Position numbers and translations under genes: made by a program. Positions 1 through 12,800 of a stretch of 64,000 nucleotides of DNA are shown one piece after another (position 1 is the first letter of the stretch; each line of letters begins with the position of its first letter). The DNA comes from Leidyana gryllorum EB-2025a (Eukaryota > Protista > Apicomplexa), in NCBI GenBank assembly GCA_048772705.1, contig JBLWGC010000230.1:1488001-1552000 (forward strand), given 5' to 3'. The notes beneath the pieces were generated by a model that searched no databases, was not told the origin of the DNA, and saw only the letters and a program-made list of their open reading frames with translations.

Positions 1-3000
1 CACCAGAGCCACGCTCTGACCCCGTTTGACGTCAAAGGTAATTGATCGGTAAATTTGAACGTCCGGACGCCGAGGGTAATGGAATTTGACATTCTCAAAA
101 CGGATGTCCTCTAATGGTGGCACCTTCAGGCCTTCAGGATTGGAGTCGTTAATCACAGGCCTGTTGTCAATGACAGAGTACACACGAGCAGCCGCATCCC
201 GAGCTTGAGCGTTTCCAGTGGCACTGGTCAAAGCCTTGCCGACGTTCAGAGCCGCCAGAATCAGACAGAACACAGCTTGGAACAACATGCGGATGTCCAG
301 TGTTCTTTCTGTATCGTTCTGTATGAGCCAGATACCGAAATAGAAGTTTCCTGCTATAATGAAAAGGATCAGACATTGACCCAGGCCCCAGCATAGGCCA
401 CTTAGCAATGCTCGTCGTCGACCATCGATGTACTCGTCGTCCACAATCTTTTGATAACGCTCGCTCATGACGTCCTGCATGTTGTAAGCCGTAATGGTCC
501 TGATATTCAGTATACTCTCGTTTAGGATTTGTTGTGTATCATTAAACTCCTCTTCCTCGTCGACAGGAAGACCTGCGTCCCTTTCCTTTGGTTGGAACCC
601 ACCGGTGCGTTGCAAACTGCTCTGTAGGTATGTGACTGGGACAATAACCAGAACTGAGCCGAGAGCAACTAATCCCAATCTCCAATCAGCCATCATGGCC
701 AAGATCAAACCCACGAGAATGCCGGTGATGGACTGCACAAATACTGCCGCATTGTCTCCTCCCCATTTCTGGAGACGAACAGCATCGGAGCTCACTAGTC
801 CCAACAGAGTCCCCGTACTGTGCTCGGGTTCGTCGAAGAACTCGATGTCTTGGCGCAAAACTGCGCTGAAACACCGTTTCCTAACTGCCCGAACAATGAT
901 GCCTCCACAGTACTCCACCATGGCGACTTGTAAAAATAGGCCTATCCAGGCCGATGCGCCCATCCCAAAAATCGGGCCAATCCACGTAGGCCAGACGTCT
1001 TTCATTGTATTGATGTCTGGTTGCATAAAGACCTCCACGATGTAACTCCAGCATATCGCAAACATAGGCCAGATCAACCTATTTAGAAAGGAATATGAAC
1101 ATCAATTACACTTAGCAACGTACCCGTTGATGACAGCTCCGATCAGACCCAAAATCACTCGGATGTAATGCATCTTAAGAGGCTCTATCGTGCGCCGGTA
1201 CTGGCGCCGATTCGCTCGGTTGGGTTTGGGCCGCGGTGCTATGCGCATGTCAATATCAGCATAACTCGCTTTACTGATACTCGAAAACTTTGACCGCAGC
1301 TTAACCACACTCGCTTGTCTGGGACCCAATTCCGAGGAGTACATTGATGCCAATTCTGCGCTCGCCAGCAAATTACGACGCGCTTCGTCCGCCTCTGCGT
1401 CGGCAGTTCCGATCTGCGCACTCGTCAATGCGGCGTACAGACCATCTGGAATCCCTGCCAACTCATCATGCGAGCCTCGCTCGGCCAAGACAGCGCCTTC
1501 TCCGGTCGGATTATCCAATACACAGATACAGTCCGCTTGCCGTATGGTACTCAGTCGGTGAGCTGAAAAAGTTTCACCCCCGCAAGTCAGCAAAGCGTGT
1601 CTTACCGATGATGATTGTGGTGCGCTGTCCTTTGGCCACCAGTTCGTTGAGGGTCTCCTGAACGATCTTTTCGGACTCATTGTCGAGCGCACTCGTTGCC
1701 TCATCGAGGATTAAGATTTTGGGATCCCGCAGAATCGCACGAGCGATAGCGATTCGCTGTTTTTGTCCACCGCTCAACTGACCGCCGCCTTCGCCAACGT
1801 GCGTATCGTATCCCTTGGGGAACTGAGAGATAAAGTTGTGTGCGTTAGCCTCTTTTGCAGCCTGAATGACCTCTTCTCGTGTGGCGTCCTTCCGCCCCAC
1901 AGCGATATTGGCATAGATCGTGTCGGCGAACAACCGGGGCTCCTGGGACACCAACGCTATCTGATCTCGCAGCCATCCGACGTTATAGTCGCGGATGTCG
2001 CGGCCGTCTACCAGCAGTTGACCGCCAGTCACGTCATAAAAACGTTCGATCAATTGGATCACAGTGCTCTTCCCACACCCTGAGCTCCCGACGAGGGCAG
2101 ATGACTTCCCGGCTTCAAGAGTGAGGTTCAAATTCTGGAAAATTGGACGATCAGACCGAGTCGGGTAGGCGAACTTGACGTCTCGGAACTCGATGTGGCC
2201 TTTAATCGAAGCGGGCTTAAGACCGTCTTCTCTGTAAGGATCGATCTCAGTTTCACGTGAGTATAGATCAACCAGATCTGTCATCGCAACGCGCGCCTTC
2301 TTGCGCGCGCTGTAGATGGGACCCGCCTTTCCGAGGAAGAAACCCATTCCAACCACACACCAAAAAGCAGTGATCGCATCGCCGGCGCTCAAACAGCCTC
2401 CCAAGGGTTCCTCCAGACCCCACAGAGTGCAGCCGCGTTCGCGCGACCGGATCAAAGCTGTTGTTGCGTAGATGTACGCTACTCCGATAGAAACAAACAT
2501 CATGAACCAATGAAAGCCGCTGGTCAGTCCAACTTTGAAACCACCGGATCGAGCGGTTTCGAAAGTCACATCTGCTGCTTGGCCGAACCTGGCATTGGCT
2601 GTTGGCTCCATAGAAAAGGCCTTAACGGTCTTAATGGCTCCGAAAGTCTCTTGAGCGATACTCGAAGCGGTTTCGAAACTTTCCTTGGTCTGAATTGTGC
2701 TACGAACCTCAACATAGGTGGAGTAGAGGCCAGCGCATATGACAAACGGCACTGTTGTCATGGCAACCAAGGTAATATCCCACGATAACCAGAATCCGAA
2801 GCCAACGGCTGCAGCGACGAACCCCATGTGGAGAGCAAACTGAGGAAGTCATGACGTGGAAGTGGAGGAGAGGCGCGGTAACACACGTTTGAGCACACTG
2901 CTTAGTAGCGACTTACGTTAGCAGATTTTTGACCTATAGCGGCCCGGACTTGGACACAGTTGAATCCCATTTTAGTTGCAAGCGTGGTGGCATCAAATGC

Positions 3001-3475
3001 ATCAAAATAGCCCATTTCCTGTTCCATGATCTTCTTGAGGAAATCCCATCGCATGCGGCGTTGCTGGCGTTCGGCTGACACCTCCGCCATGGCACAGCCC
3101 ATGAAAGCTACTCCAAAGTCACAAGCCTGCACACTTTAGGATGAGCAACGCAACGTCTTTATCGTCAAGCACCTACCGCCAAAATGAACATGTAAGAGAA
3201 CCACTTGAATTGGTCGGCTGTACCTGCTGCGTCTGTCATTTTTCCAAAGAGGTACAGGAAGAAAGGCTGCAGATGCGAGAGATGAAGAATCAGAGCAAAA
3301 CAAGGGATCTTACATAGACAGCTCCTGCCAGAACATTCCCGAGGATTGCTCCGACAGATAACCACTTATCAGTGCTATCCTTAAAGTGCGAGAGTTTCAC
3401 TTTCGCGACCTTGTGTCCGGTGGTGGTTTGCAGCTCACCCGGATCTTCATGAGTTGTACGAGGGGTTTCCTTCAT
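1..3475 (-). CDS. ABCB/MDR (P-glycoprotein-like) full transporter, copy A; multi-exon, 3' end runs off the window start
   Basis: Walker A GSSGCGKST, signature LSGGQKQRIAIARA, Walker B ILILDEATSALD and TM segments. Short GT-AG introns join the ORF pieces, and the last exon (1-1078) is open to the window edge. Confidence 0.93.
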
Positions 3476-3706
3476 TGCGGCTGTTCCACCGGAACACTTT
3501 TTTTCGCCCTTGTCCTCAACACATGCAAACCCTAGATGCGTGCGCGGTATATTACGAGACTATTTGGAAGACCTGAGGCTTTCTTTTGTCGCAGATGTTT
3601 GCAGTGATACGCAGTATGTCACCATCAGTTGTACAACTTGGTCTAAACACTCAAGAAGATCATCCAATAATTGCTGTGTCCCATCGATCCATTATAGGAA
3701 CCATAC

Positions 3707-6700
3707 TCAGCCTCTTCTTTCAGCAATGCTTGTGAGTCCACTGTATATTCCATTGGGGATTCGCATCAGTTCGTCGTGAGTTCCCACTTCCGCGATCTTT
3801 GCCCCGTGTCCGTCGGGATTGACAAAGACCACAATTTTGTCGCAAGTTCTAACAGTCGATAGCCGATGTGCGATCACTATCGAAGTGTATTGTTTAGTTT
3901 CCAAGAGGGCGTTGAGGGCTTCTTGCACAACCTTCTCAGATTCCGTGTCCAAAGCACTTGTCGCTTCATCCAAAATCAAAAGATTCGGCTCTCTAATGAG
4001 TGCTCTGGCCACAGCTATGCGTTGCTTCTGGCCGCCACTCAATTTGGAACCGCCTCGCCCCACTTCAGTGTCATAGCCTTCAGGCAGCTTTGAGATAAAA
4101 TCGTGTGCGTTCGCCAACTTGGCGGCTCTGACAACGTCTTCCATCGTGCAATTGGGCTTGCCGTTCGCTATGTTCTCCTCTATGGTTCCATAGAAGAGCA
4201 CCGGCTCTTGACTGACCAATCCGATCCTCTGACGCAGTGACTGTATATTGTAGAGTTGCAGGTCGTGGCCATTGAAGTAAATGGTACCGTCTGTATTGTT
4301 GTAGAACCTTTCAATCAACTGGACACAGGTGCTCTTGCCGCACCCACTGGCGCCCACCAAAGCCACGCTCTGACCCCGTTTGACGTCAAAGGTAATTGAT
4401 CGGTAAATTTGAACGTCCGGACGCCGAGGGTAATGGAATTTGACATTCTCAAAACGGATGTTTTCTAATGGTGGCACCTTCAGACCTTCAGGGCTGGAGT
4501 CGTTGATGATCGGTTGGCTGTCAACGACAGAGTACACACGAGTTGCAGCGTCTCGAGCTTGAGCGTTGCCCGTTGCGCTTGTGAGAGCTTTTCCGATGGA
4601 TAGAGCCGCGAGTATTAGACAGAAGAGGGCTTGAAACATTCGGCGAATGTCGAGGTCACCTTCGTCATTCTCGATGAGCCATGTTCCAAAGTAGAAGTTC
4701 CCAGCAATAACAAAGAGGATCAGACACTGTCCGAGACCCCAGCAGGCTCCACTGAGCAGTGCACGTCGACGGCCGTCTATGTACTCTTCGTTTACGATCT
4801 TTAGATAACGATCGTTGATAGAGTTCTGCATGTTGTAAGCATTGACAGTGCGGATGTTGAGGATTGTTTCGGTTAGTACTTGTTGAGTATCCTCGCGATC
4901 TTGGGTCTCCGCTGCGGGAGTCGGACTTGCATCTTTTGCTCGGAATCCACCTGTCCGTTGCAAAGAACTTTGGAGGAATGTCACTGGAACCAGTAGAAGT
5001 ACGGATCCGAGTCCCAAGAGACCCAAGCGCCAATCTGCCATCATCGCCAGCACGATTCCGACGAGGATACCCGTGATCGCTTGGACAAATACAGCGAGGT
5101 TTTCGCCTCCCCATTTCTGAAGACGGATAGCGTCTGTACTGACCAATGACAGTAAGCTCCCAGTGCTGTGCTCGGGATTGTCGAAGAACTCGGCGTCTTG
5201 ACGGAGGATAGCCCCGAAACACACTTTGCGGACAGCTCGCACGATTATTCCTCCGCAATAGTGTACCATTGAGATTTGCAGGAAAAGTCCCAGCAAAGCG
5301 GCTGCTCCTAAGCCGAAGAGAGCGCCGATCCATTTAGCCCAGGTCTGTTTCATGACTTCCACTCTGGGCTCAACAAAAACTTGAACCATATAGCTCCAAC
5401 AGACTGCGTACACCGGCCATATCAACCTGAAGAATGAGGTGATTATCCCCGACAACCTGATCGAAGTCCCGTTACTCACCCATTCAGAACAGCACCGACC
5501 AAACACAGGAGCACACGCCAATAGTGTACTCTCAAAGGCTCGATTGTACGACGATATTGACGACGCTGAATGCTGGTAGCAACTGTGGTGAGACGATTCT
5601 GAGGCTCCAGAACGTGACTGATTTTGCTAACACTGGAGAACTTGGATCGCAGCCGTACCAAACTGGCTTGTCTCGGGGACAACTCGAATGCATATGTCGA
5701 GGCCAAGTCGGCACTCGCCTGCAACATTTGATACTCCTCATCTGTCTCGGGTTCCGCAGCCTTTAATTGCGCACTCGTCAATGCGGCGTACAGACCATCT
5801 GGGATCCCTGCCAACTCGTCATGCGAGCCTCGCTCGGCCAAGACAGCGCCTTCTCCGGTCGGATTATCCAACACACAGATACAGTCCGCTTGCCGTATGG
5901 TACTCAGTCGGTGAGCTGAAAAAGTTTCACCCCCGCAAGTCAGCAAAGCGTGTCTTACCGATGATGATTGTGGTGCGCTGTCCTTTGGCCACCAGTTCGT
6001 TGAGGGTCTCCTGAACGATCTTTTCGGACTCATTGTCGAGCGCACTCGTTGCCTCATCGAGAATTAAGATTTTGGGATCCCGCAGAATCGCACGAGCGAT
6101 AGCGATTCGCTGCTTTTGTCCACCGCTCAACTGACCGCCGCCTTCGCCAACGTGCGTATCGTATCCCTTGGGGAACTGAGAGATAAAGTTGTGTGCGTTA
6201 GCCTCTTTTGCAGCCTGAATGACCTCTTCTCGTGTGGCGTCCTTCCGCCCCACAGCGATATTGGCATAGATCGTGTCGGCGAACAACCGGGGCTCCTGGG
6301 ACACCAACGCTATCTGATCTCGCAGCCATCCGACGTTATAGTCGCGGATGTCGCGGCCGTCTACCAGCAGTTGACCGCCAGTCACGTCATAAAAACGTTC
6401 GATCAATTGGATCACAGTGCTCTTCCCACACCCTGAGCTCCCGACGAGGGCAGATGACTTCCCGGCTTCAAGAGTGAGGTTCAAATTCTGGAAAATTGGA
6501 CGATCAGACCGAGTCGGGTAGGCGAACTTGACGTCTCGGAACTCGATGTGGCCTTTAATCGAAGCGGGCTTAAGACCGTCTTCTCTGTAAGGATCGATCT
6601 CAGTTTCACGTGAGTATAGATCAACCAGATCTGTCATCGCAACGCGCGCCTTCTTGCGCGCGCTGTAGATGGGACCCGCCTTTCCGAGGAAGAAACCCAT

Positions 6701-7786
6701 TCCAACCACACACCAAAAAGCAGTGATCGCATCGCCGGCGCTTAAACAGCCTCCCAAGGGTTCCTCCAGACCCCACAAAGTGCAGCCGCGTTTGCGCGAC
6801 CGGATCAAAGCTGTTGTTGCGTAGATATACGCAACGATAATGGAGACAAACAAGAGGAACCAATGAGCACCTGTGGCCAGTCCCACCTTGAAACCGCCAA
6901 CTTTCGCTGTTTCGAAAGTGGTGTCGGTGGCTTTGCCAAAGTTGCTGTTAGCTATGGGTTCCATTGAGAAGGCTTTGATCGTCTTGATCGAGCTAAAGGT
7001 CTCTTGAGCGATACTGGAGGCGTCCTCGAAACTTTTCTTTGTTCTGATAGCACAGTGTACCTCGACATATGTGGCATAGAGTCCCGCGCCAATGACGAAG
7101 GGCACTGTGGTCATTGCAATGAGAGTGATGTCCCACGATAACCAGAAGCCGAATCCCAGAGCGGCAAACACAAAGCCCATGTGGAGCACAAACTGCAGTT
7201 GATTTCGGGCGGAAGGGAAAGATTTGTGGTACGTACATTGCCGGACTTTTGACCGATCGCATCACGAACCTGGACGCAGTTGAGTCCCATTGTGGTGGCG
7301 AGGGTTGTAGCATCGAAAGCGTCAAAGTAGCCAATCTCTTGTTCCATCACTTTGAGGAGAAAGTTCCATCTCATTTGACGAAGCTGTCGCTCGGCAGATA
7401 TCTCGGCACAGGCGCATCCCAAAAATGCGATACCAAAGTCGCACGCCTGGAGAGAAGGCAAAGGAGAGATTCTACTGAGTTTCGAGTGTGTTCGGCGGCT
7501 TACAGCAACGATAAACATATAAGTGAACCACTTGTATTGATCACTGGTTCCAGCGGCATCGGTCATCTTGCCAAAGAGCCATAGAAAGAGCGGCTGTGAT
7601 AGGTGCCTTTCTTTATGTCGAATAAGAGCGGCTCACATAGACTCCTCCTGAGAGCATATTGCCGAATACCGCCCCAGTGAGTAAGCATTTGTCAATTTCA
7701 TCGGCAAAGTGTGATAGTTTAACTCTTCTAACCTTCTGGGGTGTGACTTGATGGTCACCTGTGTCAGTTTCGGGAGCATCCTTCAT
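3707..7786 (-). CDS. ABCB/MDR full transporter (TMD-NBD-TMD-NBD), copy B; multi-exon
   Basis: Two NBDs (GSSGCGKST and GASGCGKST, LSGGQKQR, LDEATSALD) and the same intron positions as copy A. The start could instead be the in-frame ATG at 7819. Confidence 0.93.
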
Positions 7787-7857
7787 GCTCAAGTCAATTT
7801 TTTCATTCGTAGCAAGCATTACACACGGGCATACACTATATCTCTCTCTTGTGGAGA

Positions 7858-9346
7858 CTAAGAAGATTGCTGAAAGCGGCATCGCAACCAGTCATCGTCT
7901 GTGTGGTCTGGTGTCGCCAATACTCTTCGATTCCCACCACCTGTTGTGGGCTGCTCCGACTTGAGTACGAGTCTGCGTGTCGACCGCAGACAAGGAGCCG
8001 TCTCCACAGATCCACGGCGGCCTAGAGACATTGATCCGTCAGCTTTACTACCGCCCCCTTTGGGGCTGGCGTATCGTCTGACCCGATCAATGATGCTGGG
8101 TTCTCCAACTGGTCTCCGGGTGTCAGGGGTGCGACGGGTCAGGGGTCCTCGTCGGGAGGAGTCGCGTGACCCGCTGTCTCCATCGCATTTTTGACGCCGA
8201 GTGGGCAACATCAGTTGGTCAGGGGACAGACGGCGCGCTCGCGAACTAAGAGGCCCTTGTCTCTCACCAAGATTGAGTCGCCGGCACGACCCCCTGGGTA
8301 CCTCGGACTTGGTGAAGATCTCTCCCGCGCGTGAATCGACCCCACCGGCGTTCACATTGAGACTCGTTGTGAGAGCTCTGTTCATCGTGAAACTACCTCG
8401 AGGATGTGCCATACGCCGCGTAGGGGGCAGCGACTCGACCAACGAGTCATCCATGGCAGTGTTGGAGATCCCTGACCTGAATTTCTCCAAAGCTTCTGCC
8501 ACAAGCTGACGCTCAATGTTGTCTCGGCTCATCCTGGTAGCAGAGGAAGACACAGTCATGCTGGCTCGACGGTTGGGAGCCGAGCCACAGTTGGAAACAG
8601 GACTTTTATATTTCCCCGGTGACAAAGAACGACAGGTGATATTAGCCTCAATATGTCGAACTGGTGTCAAAGTAGGCAAACTCGCCCGGGGTGGGGAATT
8701 GCGCTGGGGGCTATGATCGCTCTCACGACGGCGTACCAGTCGAGCACTGTGTGGCATTTCATGTCGCACGGCAGAGCGGATAGGTTCACGACGTCGACAT
8801 TCTTCTTCTGGAGGTGTGGGTGTGGATGTCAATAGTGACACCTCTTCACTTATGCCTGATCCAGCGCTAGAATAACCTGACGGCCTCAGAAGTACGGCTT
8901 CTTTTCCCTCTTCGCTGCTTGCTTCAACGGAACTGCACAAACTCTGCAGCCAAGATGGACGGGGAATTCGACTGAATATACCGGCCTCTTCGCTATTGTG
9001 ATCCTCCACTAACCCCTCCTTTCGACTCTTTGACGTCTTCACACGAGTGTGAGTAGGCACAGCAATGAGATTTTGGCGGCCACTCTCATATCTCTTCTGC
9101 GGAGAACAAAGATCGGTGTCAAGCAAAGCACAATGACTCTCCTCACCAAGTCAGTATTATCCGCCTCCCCGGAACTCAATGACGATTCTGTGCTTGCCAC
9201 AGAGCTTGGATTTGAGCTGGTGGCGGCTGTTCGAGGCTGTCGAATTAACTCGGTCAATCATCAGTGAGCCCTCTTACCGCTTCTTTCCCACGCCGATGCG
9301 GTCGGGGAGGTGAGCTAATGCCTGCTAGTTCGTCACTCATCATCAT
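7858..9346 (-). CDS. hypothetical Ser/Arg/Pro-rich low-complexity protein (3 exons)
   Basis: 422-codon ORF extended upstream through two GT-AG introns to MMMSDELAG at 9346; no recognisable domain. Confidence 0.6.
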
Positions 9347-9398
9347 CCAAAAAGGTCATTAATACTTGTTTGGATACCCCCTCTCATATCAAAAAGCC

Positions 9399-10898
9399 CT
9401 ACTTCCTTCTGGAACTTGGTCGATCCAGATCATCAGCTCCTTTGAGCCCTCCTAGTTTTCCACGTTGAAGTTTGAACACCTCCTCTTGTGCCCAAGCAGC
9501 GGTCCGGTCGCTCGTGTCCACATCACGTAGATGTGTGTGTTTACTGCGCCCTTTCTTACCCCAGTCGCCGCGTCGAACTTGCATTATTGCTGGCAGCAAA
9601 CTCTTGTCAACCGCATCTTCCGGAACTGGCGCCGCAAAGTCTTTACGGAATGTCACCTCTTCTTCTCCAGTTGCCGGCTCTTGGAAGAAGGCTCCCTTAT
9701 GATAGTACTTTTGCATAAAGTTCATTCGACCTTTCTGAACCACCTTTGGCGCTGCTTTGTCCAACTTGGCGTCATCGGCCCGCCTCTCCTCCTCTGTCAT
9801 CAGTCGCCGACGCTCCAACCAGGCCTCCTCCTCCTCTCGCTTTACTTCTCGTATATAGTCTCGGCGTAATCTCCCGAGCTCCCGTAACTTCCAGGCCTCA
9901 TACGCAGCCTCTTCGTCGCTTATTTCATCATCAGGCAGCTCATTGTCTGACCAAGTCTCTTGCCCAATCTCTTTTCGAACCCTCTCGGCCTCCTCCGTCG
10001 CCGCAGACTCTTCAATGGTCTTTTTCCATAACTCCTTTGATTCTTTCTGCCTCTCTTCGGCAGCTAATCTCGCCCGCTTAGCTTCTTCCTCAGCCTGACG
10101 AGCCTCCTCCTCGACAGCGGCCAGCAGTGCCAGCCGCTGATCTTTCTTGCGAAACGTCGGCTTCAATAACAAACGATCCGCTTCAACATCGCTGTCCGAC
10201 CCCCCATTACTCGACTCTCCATCGGATTCAGCAGCTTCCTCCTCAGCATTAGAGTCGGCAGCATTCCAACGTGGCGCCGCCATCAAATTTGACTGGACAA
10301 CTGGGCCGTGGGCAGCTAACTTGGCCTAAGACAACCTTCATCATTCGATCAAAGACAATGTTTCCTTACCTCACGCTCGGCTCGTTTTCGCTTCCGCCGA
10401 GCCTCTGCCTCTTCTTCGTCTTCAGAAGACGAAGGCAGAACTTCCGCCGTCGGAGGCTCTTCGACCTCCATTTCATTGTCACTGGGCAACACTTCCGCCA
10501 CAGGCGGCGGCTCCTCTTCATCACTGTCGAGCTGTTGCCTTCTTCGTCGAAGCCCCGCTTCCGCATAGTTCAGGAGTTTACTGGCGGATTGAGCTTGTCG
10601 TTGAGCATTAGATACGTCTTCTGACTCACTACTTGACGAACTCGAGGCATCGTCAGCCTCCTCTCGCTCTGTCCTCCGTCTTTTATTCGGCCCACTCTCA
10701 GCCTCCTCAACACTCACAGCAATATACTCTGGGACCTATGCATAGGAGTTGACCCACTCAGCATGTCAGCAACACACTCACCTGTCCGGCTCGATACCTA
10801 TGCGTCTTGCGCGTTGGATCATATCTTGGACGACTCGGATCCAACAAGTTTGGTCGCTTCTCCAATGGTTCTACCTTTGGAAGGTTAAGGGGCTCCAT
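9399..10898 (-). CDS. MFAP1: microfibrillar-associated protein 1 (spliceosomal B-complex factor)
   Basis: Motifs LLKPTFRKKDQR, YEAWKLRELGRLRRD, FMQKYYHKGAFFQ and GRSKHTHLRDVDT. N-terminal exon RYRAGQ|VPEY; ATG at 10898. Confidence 0.92.
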
Positions 10899-10915
10899 AA
10901 CAAAAATTTGATTCA

Positions 10916-11269
10916 ATGAGCGCCTCAGTCTACGATAGGTTCAATATCCACGCTCAACTGGAGCACCTGCAGAGCAAATACGTCGGAACCGGCCATGCTG
11001 ATACCTCGAAGTGGCAATGGGGCACCACCATCCGTCGAGATACCCTCGCAAGCCATGTGGGTCATCATACCCGGATGATGAAATTCGCAATGATTAAGGG
11101 ACAGAGTATTGCCCGCACCAGACAGGAATTTCTTTGGGTAAGCATATCTGGCCATGGAAGTGTCCTTCATTCGCCCTTACAGCAAATGGTACAACCGTGT
11201 GGCCCCCAGCCGCAAAAGGAGTCTTTGTTGAAATTGGCCGAGGAACAGCTTGCGGCAAACGAGAGCTGA
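10916..11269 (+). CDS. SF3B5: splicing factor 3B subunit 5 (SF3b10), with a 45-nt intron at 11138-11182
   Basis: DRFNIHAQLEHLQSKYVGTGHADTSKWQW...RDTLAS...MVQPCGP. Confidence 0.95.
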   Translation: MSASVYDRFNIHAQLEHLQSKYVGTGHADTSKWQWGTTIRRDTLASHVGHHTRMMKFAMIKGQSIARTRQEFLWVSISGHGSVLHSPLQQMVQPCGPQPQKESLLKLAEEQLAANES

Positions 11270-11802
11270 TCCCACTTACGTCTTATATAGTGTAAAAGGG
11301 AGCGACCTAATCGCATCTAAGCAGCTCGAAGAGGTGCTGTAAGCTCAAGAAAAAAGAGCAAGCATCCTCAAACATAAGCATATGGGAGTATCAAGGCTGC
11401 TGTCCGAGCCACCAAGGAGCTTTTCCCGTCAAGATGGCGGGTAGAATGCTTGAACAGAGAGCCGAATCCAAAGAAGTGGTGTGCGTGTCTCCGCCGTGCG
11501 GTGCCAACCTTGTTGATCAGCCTTGCAGCTTTGGATCAGCTCCAAGGGCCCTCCCTGATTACCGTTTGTTTGTGGTACCACTGCTCATTACTCCGACTGC
11601 TCGGAATCCTCGGATCGCTCATTGTCAACCCACATCCAACTTCTGAACCCATAATCACTCAAACACAGGGTGCAAACTGTCCGGTGAGGACCTCAGGCTA
11701 TATGTTCTTCAAAGGCCATTTCCGCTTCTCATGTCGTTGGTTTCTGGTCCAGCCACGCTGATGCGGTCAGACAATTCCCATTCTGCCAGCAAATAACGTG
11801 CC

Positions 11803-11807
11803 AAAAA
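11803..11807 (-). terminator. Pol III T-run terminator of tRNA-Gly
   Basis: TTTTT on the minus strand, 3 nt after the tRNA 3' end. Confidence 0.7.
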
Positions 11808-11810
11808 GCC

Positions 11811-11881
11811 TGCATCTGCCGGGAATCGAACCCGGGTCGTCTCGATGGCAACGAGACATTCTACCACTAGACCACAGATGC
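11811..11881 (-). tRNA. tRNA-Gly(GCC)
   Basis: Minus strand reads GCATCTG-TGGTCTAGTGGTAGAA-TG-TCTCG-TTGCCAT-CGAGA-CGAC-CCGGG-TTCGATT-CCCGG-CAGATGC-A, a complete 71-nt cloverleaf with no intron. Confidence 0.97.
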
Positions 11882-11899
11882 AGTTCGTACATGAAGGAA

Positions 11900-12800
11900 T
11901 GGAAGTCAACGAGCAACAATCGACCATTCAAGCGACATCAAGGCACCAGAGCACTGCCTGAGGGCTCTGTTAGACTTTGTGAGCCTACCTGGCCTTCATT
12001 TCCAAAGATTGAGTCGCACCACCCCTATTCGACCCCCGATAACGACCTTCCCAAAGCATTTTGGAGAGTGACCCGCTGCAACGTTAACGTCATTTTCCTC
12101 AAAGTAGTTGGTGAAGAGCCCCCTGTTCGCCCCTGTTCCTTAGGCATGATCAATACCAGTCATTGCCGATCATCCACGGGCGAGTCAGCTGTTCCCGACT
12201 CACTGGTTCTTGAAATCGTCCTATAAAGCCACTCCAGCATAGCTCGCAACCGGACTCGTCTCCCAACTCAGATTGTTCTCCGTAACCTACCGTCGGCTCA
12301 AACGAGGGTCGTCAATCGCCTGTCTTCGATAGGAGTCCGTATTTGAAGCTGAGCTTCTGTCGCTCGCATGGGAGAATCGATCATGCCAATATGGGCGAGT
12401 CAGGTGTTCCCGACTACTGGTCCTTGAACTCGTCCCATAAAGCCACTCCGGCATAGCTCGCAACCGGACTCGTCTCCCAACTCAGAGTGTTCTCCGTAAC
12501 CTACTCAGCTCAAACGAGGGTCGTCAATCGCCTGTCTTCGATAGGAGTCCGTATTTGAAGCTTCTGTCGCCCGCATGGGAGAATTGATCATGCCAATATG
12601 AGCGGATAGCAACCAGAACTTACTTCTGTTGGGATCGATCTTACTTCGATGTATCTGTTTGTCGCCTGTGAAGGGCTCGTCGGCGCCTTCCAGCACGGGT
12701 GCAAGGCTGGCGGAACCTTTTGGATCCTCGAGGGGTCTCCTCAAAGGAACCATCGAACGTTGAGAGATTCAGGTGATAGATGCGAGGCCGATGGCCCCGC
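11900..12800 (-). pseudogene. probable decayed intron-containing gene remnant with a duplicated exon
   Basis: The repeat unit has acceptor-like (gcgacag) and donor-like (gtgagt) sites; the frames carry stops and frameshifting indels. Confidence 0.3.
12178..12603. repeat. two-copy tandem duplication, unit about 215 bp, with small indels
   Basis: gggcgagtcag...gccaatat starts at 12178 and again at 12393. Confidence 0.9.

Noticed and set aside
11290-11790. Short ORFs between SF3B5 and tRNA-Gly
   Set aside because: No recognisable domain, coding bias or RNA motif on either strand.
12205-12230. U3 box A-like sequence on the minus strand (CTTTATAGGACGATTTC)
   Set aside because: The second repeat copy breaks the motif, and boxes C', B, C and D are not in a U3 arrangement.
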